Source: Minutocellus sp. GHC0000111
Lineage: Eukaryota
Assembly (NCBI GenBank): GCA_977018835.1
Contig: OZ361256.1
Location: 6,758,001 to 6,822,000, forward strand
Direction of reading: 5' to 3'
DNA: 64,000 bases
Shown here one piece after another: positions 34,382 through 45,348 of this stretch; position 1 is the stretch's first letter; every line of letters begins with the position of its first letter. The position numbers and the translations under genes were made by a program. The notes under the pieces are model-generated. The model saw only the letters and a program-made list of their open reading frames with translations, searched no databases and had not been told where the DNA came from.

Positions 34382-35878
34382 CTACGGATGAGATTGGAGG
34401 AGCCTCGTCCTCTTGGCAACCTCGTCATCGCCGGGGGCGGCGAACGAGGACAAGTCGGACGAGTAGCTCCGAACGCGTTTCATGCCCGAAGACGAGGATG
34501 AGGAAGTCGACATGGGAAGGTCTCGATCGTCGTCTTCCTCCGAATCCGAAGAGTCACAAGAAGAGGAGGCGCTCGCAGACGGGAGGGTGGCATCGACGAC
34601 GGCCAGCAGCTCGTCGTAGGAGACGACGGCGGAGATGCGGCGCTTGACCCCACCGGTGGTGGCACTCGTCGCAGCTGCGTCGGCGGTGATGGTAGTGGGT
34701 GGGGAGGGGCTGGTCGCGGCGGAATCCTCTCGCTCCTCCACCTCTTCTTTTTCAGCCCCGACCTCTTCGTCGTCGTCATCTTGGGGTACGATGTTGGCGG
34801 CAGCGACGGTGTTGTTGGCTGCCTCTGCCTCCTGGGAAGAGGAGGTGGGCGCCATACTACCGGTACCGGTGGCAGCCTCCAGGCTCTGGGACTGGACGTA
34901 TCCCAGCCGGGAGTAGATGGTCCTGACGGTCGTCTTGGAAACGTTGACGTATCCGGTAAGCAACTGAAGGGATTGCAGATCTTGTTTGAGGGTGTTGGCC
35001 TCGTCGGACGACTCGTGGCATCTGAGGACGTTGAGCAACGCGGCGTAGGCAATGACGCTGGGTCGGTCGTGACGGAGGTACGTGTCGCACACCGACAATT
35101 CGGCCAGGTACGTGGCATCGTCGAGGATGGCGCTCCACCTCGTCGCTTGGAGGAGGTCGTCGATCTTGCTGCTGGTGCTGCCGGCATTGGTGGTGTGCTG
35201 CATCTGCTCGACGTAGGCGACGACGAATTCTCCCGGGCTGGGGGCAAAGATCAGGGTGCGCCAGGTGGACTCGAGGGTCCGGACGATGGACTTCATGGTC
35301 CGCGCGATGCGGGTCGGGGTGATGACATGGGTGGAAGTGCTCGAGGAGGTGTCACTGTCATTGCGGCTCATGGAAACGAGCTGCTCGACGCTCAGGCGGC
35401 GGATGCCGTTGTCCCTCAGTCGGAGGACGAGGTACAGGCAGCTCATGGCGAGAAGCTGGTAGGTCGGAGCGTCGATGGCATCGGCGGCGACGGAGTTGGT
35501 GAAGTTGTGCGACGACCCGCCCCGTGCAAGGATGGCATCGAGGTACGCGTCGAGCAGGAGGAGGACGTTGTACACAGTCGAGCGATCGGCGTCGACGTGA
35601 TCGACGACCGTGTAGACCCACTGGGCGACGCGTTCGCGCCATACGGTGAGGTGGCCGAGGTCGTCATTGTCATTGACGGAAGAAGGACGACGACGAGACA
35701 GGCGGTAGCCGAGGCTGTCGGCGACGACCCGATCCTCCTCGGACAGCATGTGCCGGAGACAGGCCTCGTGCTGAGGAAGGCGGGGAGAGTACGACGACGA
35801 GGAGGAGGCGGAGGAGTTCGCCTCCTCGAGGGTAGTGCAGGACGACGTTGGCCTGATCATGGCTGGGGCAGGCGTCAT
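34382..35878 (-). CDS. Cyclin-fold protein (diatom-specific cyclin type)
   Basis: WRERVAQWVYTVVDH, LLDAYL, YQLLAMSCLYL, YLAELSVCD and RPSVIAYAALL; PEST-like C-terminus. Confidence 0.85.
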   Translation of the reverse strand: MTPAPAMIRPTSSCTTLEEANSSASSSSSYSPRLPQHEACLRHMLSEEDRVVADSLGYRLSRRRPSSVNDNDDLGHLTVWRERVAQWVYTVVDHVDADRSTVYNVLLLLDAYLDAILARGGSSHNFTNSVAADAIDAPTYQLLAMSCLYLVLRLRDNGIRRLSVEQLVSMSRNDSDTSSSTSTHVITPTRIARTMKSIVRTLESTWRTLIFAPSPGEFVVAYVEQMQHTTNAGSTSSKIDDLLQATRWSAILDDATYLAELSVCDTYLRHDRPSVIAYAALLNVLRCHESSDEANTLKQDLQSLQLLTGYVNVSKTTVRTIYSRLGYVQSQSLEAATGTGSMAPTSSSQEAEAANNTVAAANIVPQDDDDEEVGAEKEEVEEREDSAATSPSPPTTITADAAATSATTGGVKRRISAVVSYDELLAVVDATLPSASASSSCDSSDSEEDDDRDLPMSTSSSSSSGMKRVRSYSSDLSSFAAPGDDEVAKRTRLLQSHP

Positions 35879-36371
35879 TTTTTGGCTTGGCTTGGCTTGG
35901 GGTTGTGAGAATATTGAAGTATGTGAACGATGAAATTGAATTCTTGATGGGAAGAAATCCGGGAAATGATTTTGTTGGCGGTAGCAAAGGGAGACGGGTG
36001 GTGACAATTATGCGGTCAAGGCACAATCAATTAGGATGAGGATGCTTGGTGTGAGCTTGGTGTGGTGTGTGATCCTCAGAAATGTGCCTGATTGGACCGT
36101 CCGAATAAGGAGATGTTGAAGGCGTAATGTGCAGAAGGATATCCTTGCTTTGCTGGTGAGACGGCCTCTCGCTCAGTCAGTGGACTGCAATGCGGTGGTG
36201 CCGATTTTTGCTGCCGTGGTGTGAGCTGTCCGAAAGACCCAATGACGAGGAACACGTACGTGTTCACATTCGTCACTTCTTCGGTGACATCGGCCCATTT
36301 TCGCGATTTCGTCACTTTTGAACGACCAATGTTTCTGAAGTTTCTTGGGAATTGACACAGAGACACAATTT

Positions 36372-36627
36372 TCATTTCATTGACGTCTCGCAGCACATGC
36401 CGACGAACTGAGCGCCCTGCCCGGGGAACATGAAGCAAACCTTGGACGAGAAGTCATCAAAGTCGTTGTCGTCACCACCGGCAGCCATGGGGGCGGCAGA
36501 GTCCGAGTGTCCCCGTCTTTGGCGAGGCGGCACGGACGGCAGAGGGAGCGGCCGGAGCGAAGGCCGCACATCTGCGAGACGCCACGGCGGCAACAAGAAG
36601 GAGAGACATGGAGGTGTAGCGGGCCAT
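36372..36627 (-). pseudogene. fabD: 5' fragment of plastid malonyl-CoA:ACP transacylase (truncated copy or assembly junction)
   Basis: Signal peptide with AAFAP, then (frameshifted) FMFPGQGAQFVGMC followed almost at once by a stop. No further FabD sequence lies before the cyclin gene. Confidence 0.75.
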
Positions 36628-36723
36628 GGTTTGGTTTGGTTGTTGGGCTGCAAACGCCGGCTAATACAAAAATCTGGCGAGGTGAGCGGGAAGGCCAGCA
36701 ACGGATCGATCAAAAGCGGTCTG

Positions 36724-36963
36724 TGACGTGTTGCTTTTCCTAAAAGCACAAAAATGCCAGAAACTGTTTTCGATCCGGGAAGATGTACTTTATGAGCAAT
36801 CTGCTTTGGTTTCCATCTGACGAAAAAGACACGCCTTTCGCCAACTTGTACCGGGTTCGGCGACATTGGCTTTTCTTCGGCTCTTTCACTTTACCACTTT
36901 CATCTGACGGGTGTCGTATTTTCTCGCTTGCGATTGCGTGCGTACGAGGGTTGTCGTTGACGT
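36724..36963 (+). promoter_or_regulatory. Two TGACGT (CCRE/CRE-like bZIP) motifs upstream of the delta carbonic anhydrase
   Basis: TGACGT at 36724-36729 and 36958-36963. Confidence 0.35.
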
Positions 36964-37074
36964 CGACAAGCGAGGGCCGCCGTTTGTGCGGCGTGGATCG
37001 ATCAACGTGTACACACGGAGATCTCATTTTTCTTCATTCGTTCTTCTTTCTCAACCACTCGTCCACCTTCAACC

Positions 37075-38163
37075 ATGAGCTCCAAGGACGCCAGCCCTCT
37101 CGCCAACAACAAGGTCCTCGTGGCCGCCATCGGCTTCTGCGGTGCCGTCACCATCGCCTCCGTCGCTTCGCTTGTTGCCGTCAGCGTCAATGCCTCGAAC
37201 GGTAGCGGAGGTTCTGCCACTGCCGCCTCCATGAAGGACGCAACCATCGTCGTCAACACTGGCGACATGCTCTACGCCACCGGCAAGCCTCCGGAAGGGG
37301 AGAATCCCTGCTCCGGAAAGAAGCCCGAGCTCGAGAACTACGATTGCGTCATTGGCGCCATTGCCGACGTCAAGCCTCAGGCCGGCGGCAACGTCACCAA
37401 GGGCTACAAGGGAGGCATGGAGGTCGACCACGTCCCCATTACCACTCCCTACTGGCAGAACAAGATGTGCCCCGTCAACGTCCACTGGCATTTGGGCACC
37501 GAGCACTACTCCGCCGGCGAGTACGACGAGTTCGGCTCGGGACCCGTCCAGAACAACTACGGCCTTGGCGACCGTCGTTTGGCCGAGACCGAAGCTCGCA
37601 AGGGATACCAGTGCCGTTACTACGGCCTCGACGACAACAAGTTCAACACCCCCTACGTCTGGAAGCACTGCGTCGGCATGCGCATCGGCGAGACCTACGA
37701 GGTCCACTGGCCCCACTCCGCCGCCGGCATGTGCGGCACTCCCAATCAGTACCAGACTCCCTTCTACGACGGTGTCTTCTGCGTTGATGGTGTCCTCACC
37801 GACACCGCCGCTCAGATCGGCGTCCAGGCTCAGGTCTTCACCATCGTCAACGACGAGGATTACTACTACCCCGACCTCTTCCGTGGCATGATTGTTGATG
37901 GTGAGATGGGCAAGGACATTGCCATGTACACCACCGGTACCAGCCGTGACAACGAGGTCTGCTCCCAGTACTCTCCCATCACCTGGCAGGTCGATCGCAA
38001 GTGCCACATGATATCCGCCTCCTCCTTCGACAAGATGTGCGCCGACATGAAGGCCCAGCGCGACGACATGACCGACGACCTCTACGCCCACGGCTCCCGA
38101 ACTCTGGTCAGTGATGAGCTTACCGCCAACAACCAGGCCAACCGCAAGCTCCGTGGCGAGTAA
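37075..38163 (+). CDS. Delta-class carbonic anhydrase (TWCA1-like) with an N-terminal membrane anchor
   Basis: MCPVNVHWHLGTEH, TYEVHWPHSAAG, QYQTPFYDGVFC, IGVQAQVF and ITWQVDRKCH; very strong C-ending codon bias. Confidence 0.95.
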   Translation: MSSKDASPLANNKVLVAAIGFCGAVTIASVASLVAVSVNASNGSGGSATAASMKDATIVVNTGDMLYATGKPPEGENPCSGKKPELENYDCVIGAIADVKPQAGGNVTKGYKGGMEVDHVPITTPYWQNKMCPVNVHWHLGTEHYSAGEYDEFGSGPVQNNYGLGDRRLAETEARKGYQCRYYGLDDNKFNTPYVWKHCVGMRIGETYEVHWPHSAAGMCGTPNQYQTPFYDGVFCVDGVLTDTAAQIGVQAQVFTIVNDEDYYYPDLFRGMIVDGEMGKDIAMYTTGTSRDNEVCSQYSPITWQVDRKCHMISASSFDKMCADMKAQRDDMTDDLYAHGSRTLVSDELTANNQANRKLRGE

Positions 38164-38448
38164 ATTGAAAACATTTATTGTACAGAGCGGAGACTAGACC
38201 TATAGAATGCGCGCTATGTGATGATGATGGGATTTGTGAACTGCCCTTGTACAAAGCAAGAATTGGTTAGAAGAAGAAGAAGAAAATCAATGAAGATAGA
38301 ATAGTCTAAATAACTAGCTAAGATAGAAGAGACCCAAGCAACCATTGTTACTTTGACATGTATCTTCGAGAGTCCATTGTGTCCTCTTGTTCTGCTTCAT
38401 GCGTCCAGCCAGCCCTCTTCGGCCGGTTGACTTTCTATCAATCACATC

Positions 38449-39791
38449 CTACACTTCTTCTTTTGGCTTATTCATCTTGATTCCTTTGATATGCGGAAGC
38501 AGATGAGGAATTGTTACCCCCGATTCTCTCCATTTGGCGGCTCCTTCTTCTTCAGGTGTAAGGACCTCTTCGTATGGGTCCCATCCCCACGGAGGACCGT
38601 GCGAATGCTCGTCGTGGCTTTGCCGGCGATCCTCGCAAGAGGCGCACCTGCCGTCGAATTCTTGATTCTGCTCGGCATGGAAGCGAAGCGTGAAATGGGT
38701 GAGGTAGCTCTCCAAATCTTCCACAGAGACATCCTCATCATCATCGTGAAATGACCGAAAGCAAATGAAATTCAGGGCAAAGCGCAATCCATTGCTGATT
38801 TTGACGTCTCTGTCACACACAAGATCAAGAATGGCATTGCCATCATCGTCCAGGTCGAGGAAAGTTTCGTTCATCCAAGTATGAGCGAAGCCACTTCGGT
38901 CCCAATATCCTTCGAGAGTTTTCCCATTGATCTCGCGGGCAGAACTTTCTTCGCGGCTGCATTCGCATACAATCTTGGACGTGACTCCCACTCCGGGGTA
39001 TTGGAGGAGAGGGATGCATTTGGATGATTCCTCCTCTCGGTCGTGTAGAGGAGGTGTACCGTGGCCTTGCAATCCGACAAATCCGCCCGATCCAACTTGA
39101 CGGGCGTGCCGAGCTCAATCATAACCTCACCGTCGTGCCGTTCTCGCGACGATTCATGTGGGGGATAACCATCATAATCAGAAACGCAATGAGTGTGCTT
39201 ATCTTCTTCCATATGGATGTGCGGGACGAAATTCTTGTCGAACAGCTGGTCCAACTCGTCCTCCGTGACGGTCTGCGAAATGATGACTTGATCACCCTTC
39301 CAAACCCGAACAAGGAACGACGTATCGTACTGCGACAGGATTGGATCGGGCAGAGAGAACGGAGGCTCTTCCTCCGTCGGCTCGATGACTCGGACGGATG
39401 GGTCTGCTCCCACCTGAGCAAGGAGGCGCCTTGGGCCCAGGCTCTCCCTGACTTGCTCTGGGATGGCCTCATATATCGCCTTGTCGAAATGACGGTGGCA
39501 GAGCATCACCCAGACATCATCGGTGGTACCATTGCCACTCTCCAGAAGCTGCGTGAGGGCCTTGGACGTTCCAGTTGCCAGCCTGCCGAGGGACCTGGCA
39601 TCTCCGTTGCCCGAGCGGAAGATGGAGAGCCAGGCCGGCAGGTGCCGATCTGAGATCAGGCCTTGCGCTTCGACGGTAGACTGCTGATCACCAGGAGAAC
39701 TACTGGCGGTGGCCGAGAGGCTACTGGGCAGTTTGGACGCACCATCGGCGGGGGTGTCGCCGATGCGACGGCGCTTGGTCGTCGACATCAT
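38449..39791 (-). CDS. Hypothetical protein with a possible degenerate F-box-like N-terminus; frameshift near 39040
   Basis: Two overlapping ORFs (39791-38871 and 39072-38449); DARSLGRLA..SK..DDVWVMLC pattern; N-terminal NLS KRRR. Confidence 0.5.
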
Positions 39792-40100
39792 GGTGGTATG
39801 GTATCAAGGAGTGAACCGATTGATCTGCTTTTGGCAAAATCATAACGGGGGGGGGAATCCGTCCCTCATGCTTGAAAGCTGCTTGCGATTGCCGCAACCT
39901 CTTCATATCATGGCTGCTGCTGCTTGCCTGGCCGATCGACCACTAGGAATTCCTACCGCGGCGCCAAACACCCCAACAGCGTAACGTCGCAAGCCATTAG
40001 ATTAGTTTCTTTGCGGCAGTCTATTTGGCGGGGCCGATCCAAGAGCGGGAGCAGCCGTAAAATTGAGGTGTATCACAACGTAAAAAACAAATTCTTAACG

Positions 40101-41141
40101 ATGCCTCCTCCAGCGAAAAAGAAGCGCAAGACCAATGCCGGTGCAGCTGCAACGGTTACCCGCCGGACCACCCGCAGTCAGAAGCCTTTGTTGAGTATCG
40201 AGATGATCGGCAAGGTTGGATCGTTTGCCGACTATGACAATGGCGATCTGATGAATATTTGCCTGGCTATTGGACCTGCTGGCGCCAAAATTGTTCGGCA
40301 CGCCTGCCTCTTCAACAACACCCAGTATCTGCGTCGTCTTACGGAAAAGAATCTCCCCTCTTTGGAGCTAAAGTCCGCCAAAGAAGAGCTGTCTTCATGG
40401 ATGGAGGTCAACACCCACTGGAGAGGAGTGATATGTAGCGAGGAATTAGTGAATAGTGGTGGTTATTGTGTGGCAAAAATTGAGGAGGGAGGCCGCAATA
40501 GGATGCACATGAATCCGCTTTTCCTCTTCAATAACCCGGCGGTTGCAATAGAGCTGGAAATGTTAGACATATTGAAGTATCAGGTGGAAGAAGTTGGCAT
40601 CGATGTCAATGCTTGCCGTTGGAGCGGCTACACGTCCGTGGACCAATTCCACCTTCTTGTCATGGCGTCGGTTGTTGATGACAAGGCGTGCTTTGACTTT
40701 CTCCTTTCCTGCAAAGCCCTTGACGTGAGAGCCCCCGCCGAAGCAGCCGACAACCTAATGTTATGGCAGCACGCGCTCATGACAAAGAGATTCTCAGTAA
40801 TAAGCTACCAATGTCTAGTCCGACACCCGAGCTTTGCTCCAAATCGCTCGTTTGTCGATGACGACGGCGACGAAGTCCTCCCTCTTCAATTTGCATGCTT
40901 GGCCTGCATCGCGATTCGAGATGCCGAGGACCAGAGACAAATGGTTGCTAAAGTCAAGTGCCTTCTCGATGCCGGTGCCGATCCTTTGCTGGCAACGGCT
41001 TCAATTCCATCATCTATCGAGTACGCGGCGAGTCTACAAGACACGGTCAAAAGAGATGTAAATGGAGTAGATCTAAAGAGAGTTCAGCTTTGCCAAGAGC
41101 TGATTGATATGATGGAGGAGAAGATTTCTGCTGAAAAGTAA
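40101..41141 (+). CDS. Hypothetical protein with degenerate ankyrin-like repeats and an N-terminal NLS
   Basis: PPAKKKRK, ILKYQVEEVGIDVN, FDFLLS and VKCLLDAGADP. Confidence 0.6.
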   Translation: MPPPAKKKRKTNAGAAATVTRRTTRSQKPLLSIEMIGKVGSFADYDNGDLMNICLAIGPAGAKIVRHACLFNNTQYLRRLTEKNLPSLELKSAKEELSSWMEVNTHWRGVICSEELVNSGGYCVAKIEEGGRNRMHMNPLFLFNNPAVAIELEMLDILKYQVEEVGIDVNACRWSGYTSVDQFHLLVMASVVDDKACFDFLLSCKALDVRAPAEAADNLMLWQHALMTKRFSVISYQCLVRHPSFAPNRSFVDDDGDEVLPLQFACLACIAIRDAEDQRQMVAKVKCLLDAGADPLLATASIPSSIEYAASLQDTVKRDVNGVDLKRVQLCQELIDMMEEKISAEK

Positions 41142-41211
41142 ACATTTACGCGACACAAACAATACACGCAGCAGTAAAATATTTCGATGAACATGCTCTC
41201 GATTACATCAT

Positions 41212-42500
41212 TTACATCTGCTTCCTCTCACCAGGGGCGCTGAGGAACTTCATCACGCTCTCCTTGCTAAAGTCGGACTCCTCGCTGACATAGAATCCAC
41301 CCTGATCGGGAACATCCAGCAGAACAACGAGAGGATCCTCGCCAATCGCCTTCATCTTGATGATCTCACGGACGCGTCCGCCCAATCCCTTGGGGTTGGT
41401 GCACCAATAGTAGCTGATATCGTCCCCATCGTTGCGCTCTTCGGCCACGGCCTTGACGACATCTACGACCTCCTCCTGCTCATCATCGTCTCCATTCTCA
41501 TGAAACACAATCAGACACTTCTTGTCGTTGATATCCTCACCACCGCTGGCATCCAGATCACCATAGGGCTTCTTGTGAAAGGGGAAGTCGGTAAAGTCAC
41601 CAGCCTCAATGACGGGTCTGAGATTGTCATTGATGAGAGGACGATCTCCTCCACCTTCGGGGACGGGCCCCAAAATGATCAACTTGGGAATGCCCTGCAC
41701 CTTGAAACGCTTGGCCAGCCCGTTCTTGGCAGCTCGATCCTCAAAGGGTAGGGCGCAGAAGGTCATGTCTCCCCAGTACTCATCAAAGCCAGACTGGTCG
41801 CGATCGGACGACACAAATACCAGCTCGAAATCATCGGGACGCTCGGCCTTGAGCTTGGTGTAGGCCGCGGATAGGACGGGGGTGAACGCGCTCTGCAAGG
41901 CGGGCACCAGTGAGCGCTAAAATACAAGGCCAGATACTTGTCCTTGAGCTCGTCCTTGCCAATGGTTTGGATGGCACCATCGGCATCCTTCTCCTTGGAC
42001 AGAATGTAATCCGGAAAGATATCGTCAAAGGTCGGAGGCCTCCAGGGGAATTTCTCTCCGTCCTGATCCATCGATGCCTCCTGCACCCCCTCGTCGGTGA
42101 TGACGGTGGTACCATCGGTATCGACCACGACCAAATGGGGAATGCCCTGCGTCCCAAACTTGGTCGCCAGCTTCATCCGCACGTCTTGGGTGCCCTCCCA
42201 CGGAACGCACAGCCAGGGCATGTGCGAGGTGTAGTCCTTCCACTGGTCGAGGGACTTGTCGAGGGATACGTACAGCACCTCAAAGTCTTGGCCGGCCGCC
42301 TTCATCTTCTTGTACATGGAGGCGAGCATGGGAGTGAAGCGCTGGCAGGGCGGACACCAGTGGGCCGAGAAGTAGACGGCCACGAGCCTGTTCGAGAGGG
42401 CAACGGAGGCCGAGACGGTGGCGAGCGATTGGAGATCGTCGGGTGCGTCGCCGCCGCGGGTGAGCTCGATGGGTCCGAGAATGTCAACGATGGTGGACAT
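41212..42500 (-). CDS. Nucleoredoxin/tryparedoxin-like protein (two WCPPC domains plus a third Trx-like domain); frameshift near 41900
   Basis: YFSAHWCPPC occurs twice, with FEVLYVSLD/FELVFVSSD and GIP motifs. Confidence 0.92.
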
Positions 42501-42890
42501 GGTGATCGTGTGTGTAATTTAGAACAATATGTGTTGTTTGCTGGTTTGATTTGGTTTATGACCGGGAAGATATCCGAAGGCAAGCACGAGCTGGAGGTTC
42601 TGCAGTTCGGGAAATAAATGCAATGGAGCGAAATCGAGCGATTTGGAAGGCAGGACACTCCCATGTTGCAATGTGAAACGTCTATCCTGCATCCAGACAG
42701 TCGGTGGGAGTGGGAGGAAGAGAATGACTGTCGAGTGTCGTTAACCTTCCAAACATTACGTATAGCATGTATCGTACCGTAATCTCAACATGACTTTGTC
42801 TACATTTCTTGATTGTTACATTAGCTATGTTCACTCCACCACAGCAGTGGAGTCTAACAATATACAGTATATTCTCTTCTTTGCTTTTGT

Positions 42891-44981
42891 TCAATAGGAT
42901 TCAGTTGGAGAACCTCCGCCTGGAATGCGGAATGGTTCTCCTTCTCCCTCCTCGATACATGTATTACCAGCGCACATTCTGTCCTCCTCATCAAGCCGAA
43001 TCTTTCCTAGATTGCCCCTTAGCTCGGTGGGGACCTTTGGCCTGAGCATCCGGCCCAGGAAGGCACCACCCTCGTCGATGGATCGGCGGGCTCCGTCGAT
43101 AACCCCATGGACGGCATGATGATTCGCCCATTGTGGATTGACAGCCGTAGATGCTCCTTGGTCTGCATTCTTCTGACAAGCCTTTTCGGCAATGGACTTG
43201 GCCGAGATGGAATGCATGGATATGCCCGCCTCGGTACCAGAGTCTACCTCATCTTCGGACGAGTTGGGATCAGTGGAGTAGGTGGTGTCCTGGGATGGCG
43301 ACGAGGCACTATCACGATGTTCGTTGGGGTCATCATCCTCAAGCAGAGGAGCAGAAGGTATACCTCGTGCAGAACTATTGGTGTTGGAGTCGGCGTAGAT
43401 GGGCTTGGGTGACGACGCCGAGGAAAGAGTCAATGGGAAGGACAGGGACCACCTCCGCTTGGTATTTTGAGGGCTGGAGGGCGTTGGCGATGGCGAAGAC
43501 GACATGCTTGGAGCGTGATCAGCGATCTTTTTCATAGAATCATTACTGCCAACGATGGCGTCGTCAATGCCGGCATCGACCTTCTCCTGCTCCAACGCGC
43601 GCAGGGCGGCCTCGGTGGAACGGAGCCGTCGTCTCAGCTTGCGATTCATCTCGTCCTTCTCTCGGGCCACGTCCACCATCCGGTGGGCGTAGTCCTCCAT
43701 CTTGGAGGCCTTGAGATCGAGGATGGCATTCTCGGCCAGCAGGTCGAGGCAGGCCTCGGTCCGGGCCGAGATGGAGGGGTACGACAGCAGGACGCGGAGG
43801 CGGGTCCACCTCCGCCGACGGAATTGAAGCTTGGGCGGGGACGGGTGAGGGGTGTTGGCAGAGAGGTTGCTGTTGTAGCCATCGACAATGCTACTTCTGC
43901 TGCTGGTAGTATGACCAGCATCGGTCAGCGAGGGAGGAGACGGGCTGCCAAACACGGCACCGGGCGCGTTGGACACCAGCAATTGGGGCAGGTTGCAGTA
44001 GGTCCAACCCCCCTCGTCGCAGGGCGTACCGCAGGGATGCTGCAGCTCGACGCGCCACCCGCCGATCCAGCGCCACGTCGATCCGGCACTAGGGAGGGGA
44101 TACCCACCCTCCAGGTCGAGGATGTGAGTGCAGCTGCGATCTGTCAGGACGAATCCCTGAAAGGTTTGCTGGGGCGACGTATTGTCGCTGCTACTTGCAG
44201 CAGCAGTGGTAGTACCGGCAGGACAGGGCTTGTGGACCGGCAGCGACCGGAAGTCATCTGGAAACATCTCCGTCCGGTTGGTCCACCGTCCCTCGGCATT
44301 GTCATAAACCTGCCACTCGTACACCTCCTCCAACACCTCGGCCACGTCCCTCACCCGCTCATCCCACGGCATGACCTCCAGCAACCGAATGTCATGGAGG
44401 GACAACGTCGACTCGTCCTCCGATCGCGACGACGCGTACAGCACCGCATCGCACGAATCGGCCGTCAGCGATTCAACCATGTCGACAAAGGCGTCGCGCT
44501 GCCGGCGGAGGATGATGGTGTCGGACCGCAGACGGCGGGCGTCGAAGCTGAGGGTGGCGCAGCGCGTTTCGGCTTCGGCTTCGGCGCGTTTGGTCCGTTC
44601 GCGGTCCAGCTCGGCCAGGGCTCGGGCCAGCTGTTGCTGGGCTGTCGTGTTGTTGTCGTTGTTTTGTGTGTATGGTTGCTCCTGTGCCGATGCTTGTTGT
44701 GGCAAAGAAGAAGTGGCGGCAGCATTGCTACAAATACGATCACATGCGGAAGTCGTGTTCGTGCTGTCATTGACCGGCTCTGGTCCACCGGGCGCTGGCT
44801 TGGTATTGGCAGCGGCTGCTTTGAGGACGTCAAAGGCCGACTTGGGAGGTGTATGCGTGGCAGCAGTAGCAGGGCAGCAGGTGTCAGCGGCATTGGCACC
44901 ACTGGCGGCATTGGGCCTGTTCCATCGGACGCTGGCGCCGCCGAGCGAACTACCGCCGGCGCAGGCGTCGGCGGAGTTCAT
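42891..44981 (-). CDS. Dysferlin/Pex24p (DysF)-like domain protein with coiled coils
   Basis: EEVYEWQ, LPS..TWRWIGGWRVE, DEGGWTY and FRRRRWTR. Confidence 0.7.
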   Translation of the reverse strand: MNSADACAGGSSLGGASVRWNRPNAASGANAADTCCPATAATHTPPKSAFDVLKAAAANTKPAPGGPEPVNDSTNTTSACDRICSNAAATSSLPQQASAQEQPYTQNNDNNTTAQQQLARALAELDRERTKRAEAEAETRCATLSFDARRLRSDTIILRRQRDAFVDMVESLTADSCDAVLYASSRSEDESTLSLHDIRLLEVMPWDERVRDVAEVLEEVYEWQVYDNAEGRWTNRTEMFPDDFRSLPVHKPCPAGTTTAAASSSDNTSPQQTFQGFVLTDRSCTHILDLEGGYPLPSAGSTWRWIGGWRVELQHPCGTPCDEGGWTYCNLPQLLVSNAPGAVFGSPSPPSLTDAGHTTSSRSSIVDGYNSNLSANTPHPSPPKLQFRRRRWTRLRVLLSYPSISARTEACLDLLAENAILDLKASKMEDYAHRMVDVAREKDEMNRKLRRRLRSTEAALRALEQEKVDAGIDDAIVGSNDSMKKIADHAPSMSSSPSPTPSSPQNTKRRWSLSFPLTLSSASSPKPIYADSNTNSSARGIPSAPLLEDDDPNEHRDSASSPSQDTTYSTDPNSSEDEVDSGTEAGISMHSISAKSIAEKACQKNADQGASTAVNPQWANHHAVHGVIDGARRSIDEGGAFLGRMLRPKVPTELRGNLGKIRLDEEDRMCAGNTCIEEGEGEPFRIPGGGSPTESY

Positions 44982-45348
44982 GTCTGTAAATAAATAATGT
45001 GTTGGAAATTAACGGTAGATTAGAACTTCTCTCTCGTTACTGGTCCAACTTTCTCGATCAGCCTTGGAACTTCGTGTGGCTCGGCGAGGACTTGAAGCAA
45101 GGGGTGAAGCCGAAGTTGAATGGCCGAGAAACGTCCACAGACGTTGACACCAGAGTCAGAAGTTCTTTTGGCTGCACGCACCAATGATTTGAATGGCCTC
45201 GTGTTGTGTCGGAAGTATCATTTGACGTCATCGAAAAAGAATAGCAGCACAAGACCACAAAACCCATTTTTAGCATGAAGCTTACGCACGAAGTTCAAGT
45301 CAAGCTAAAAACAAAGTAGAGAAAGACTTCAAAAGAAGAAGAAGAACA

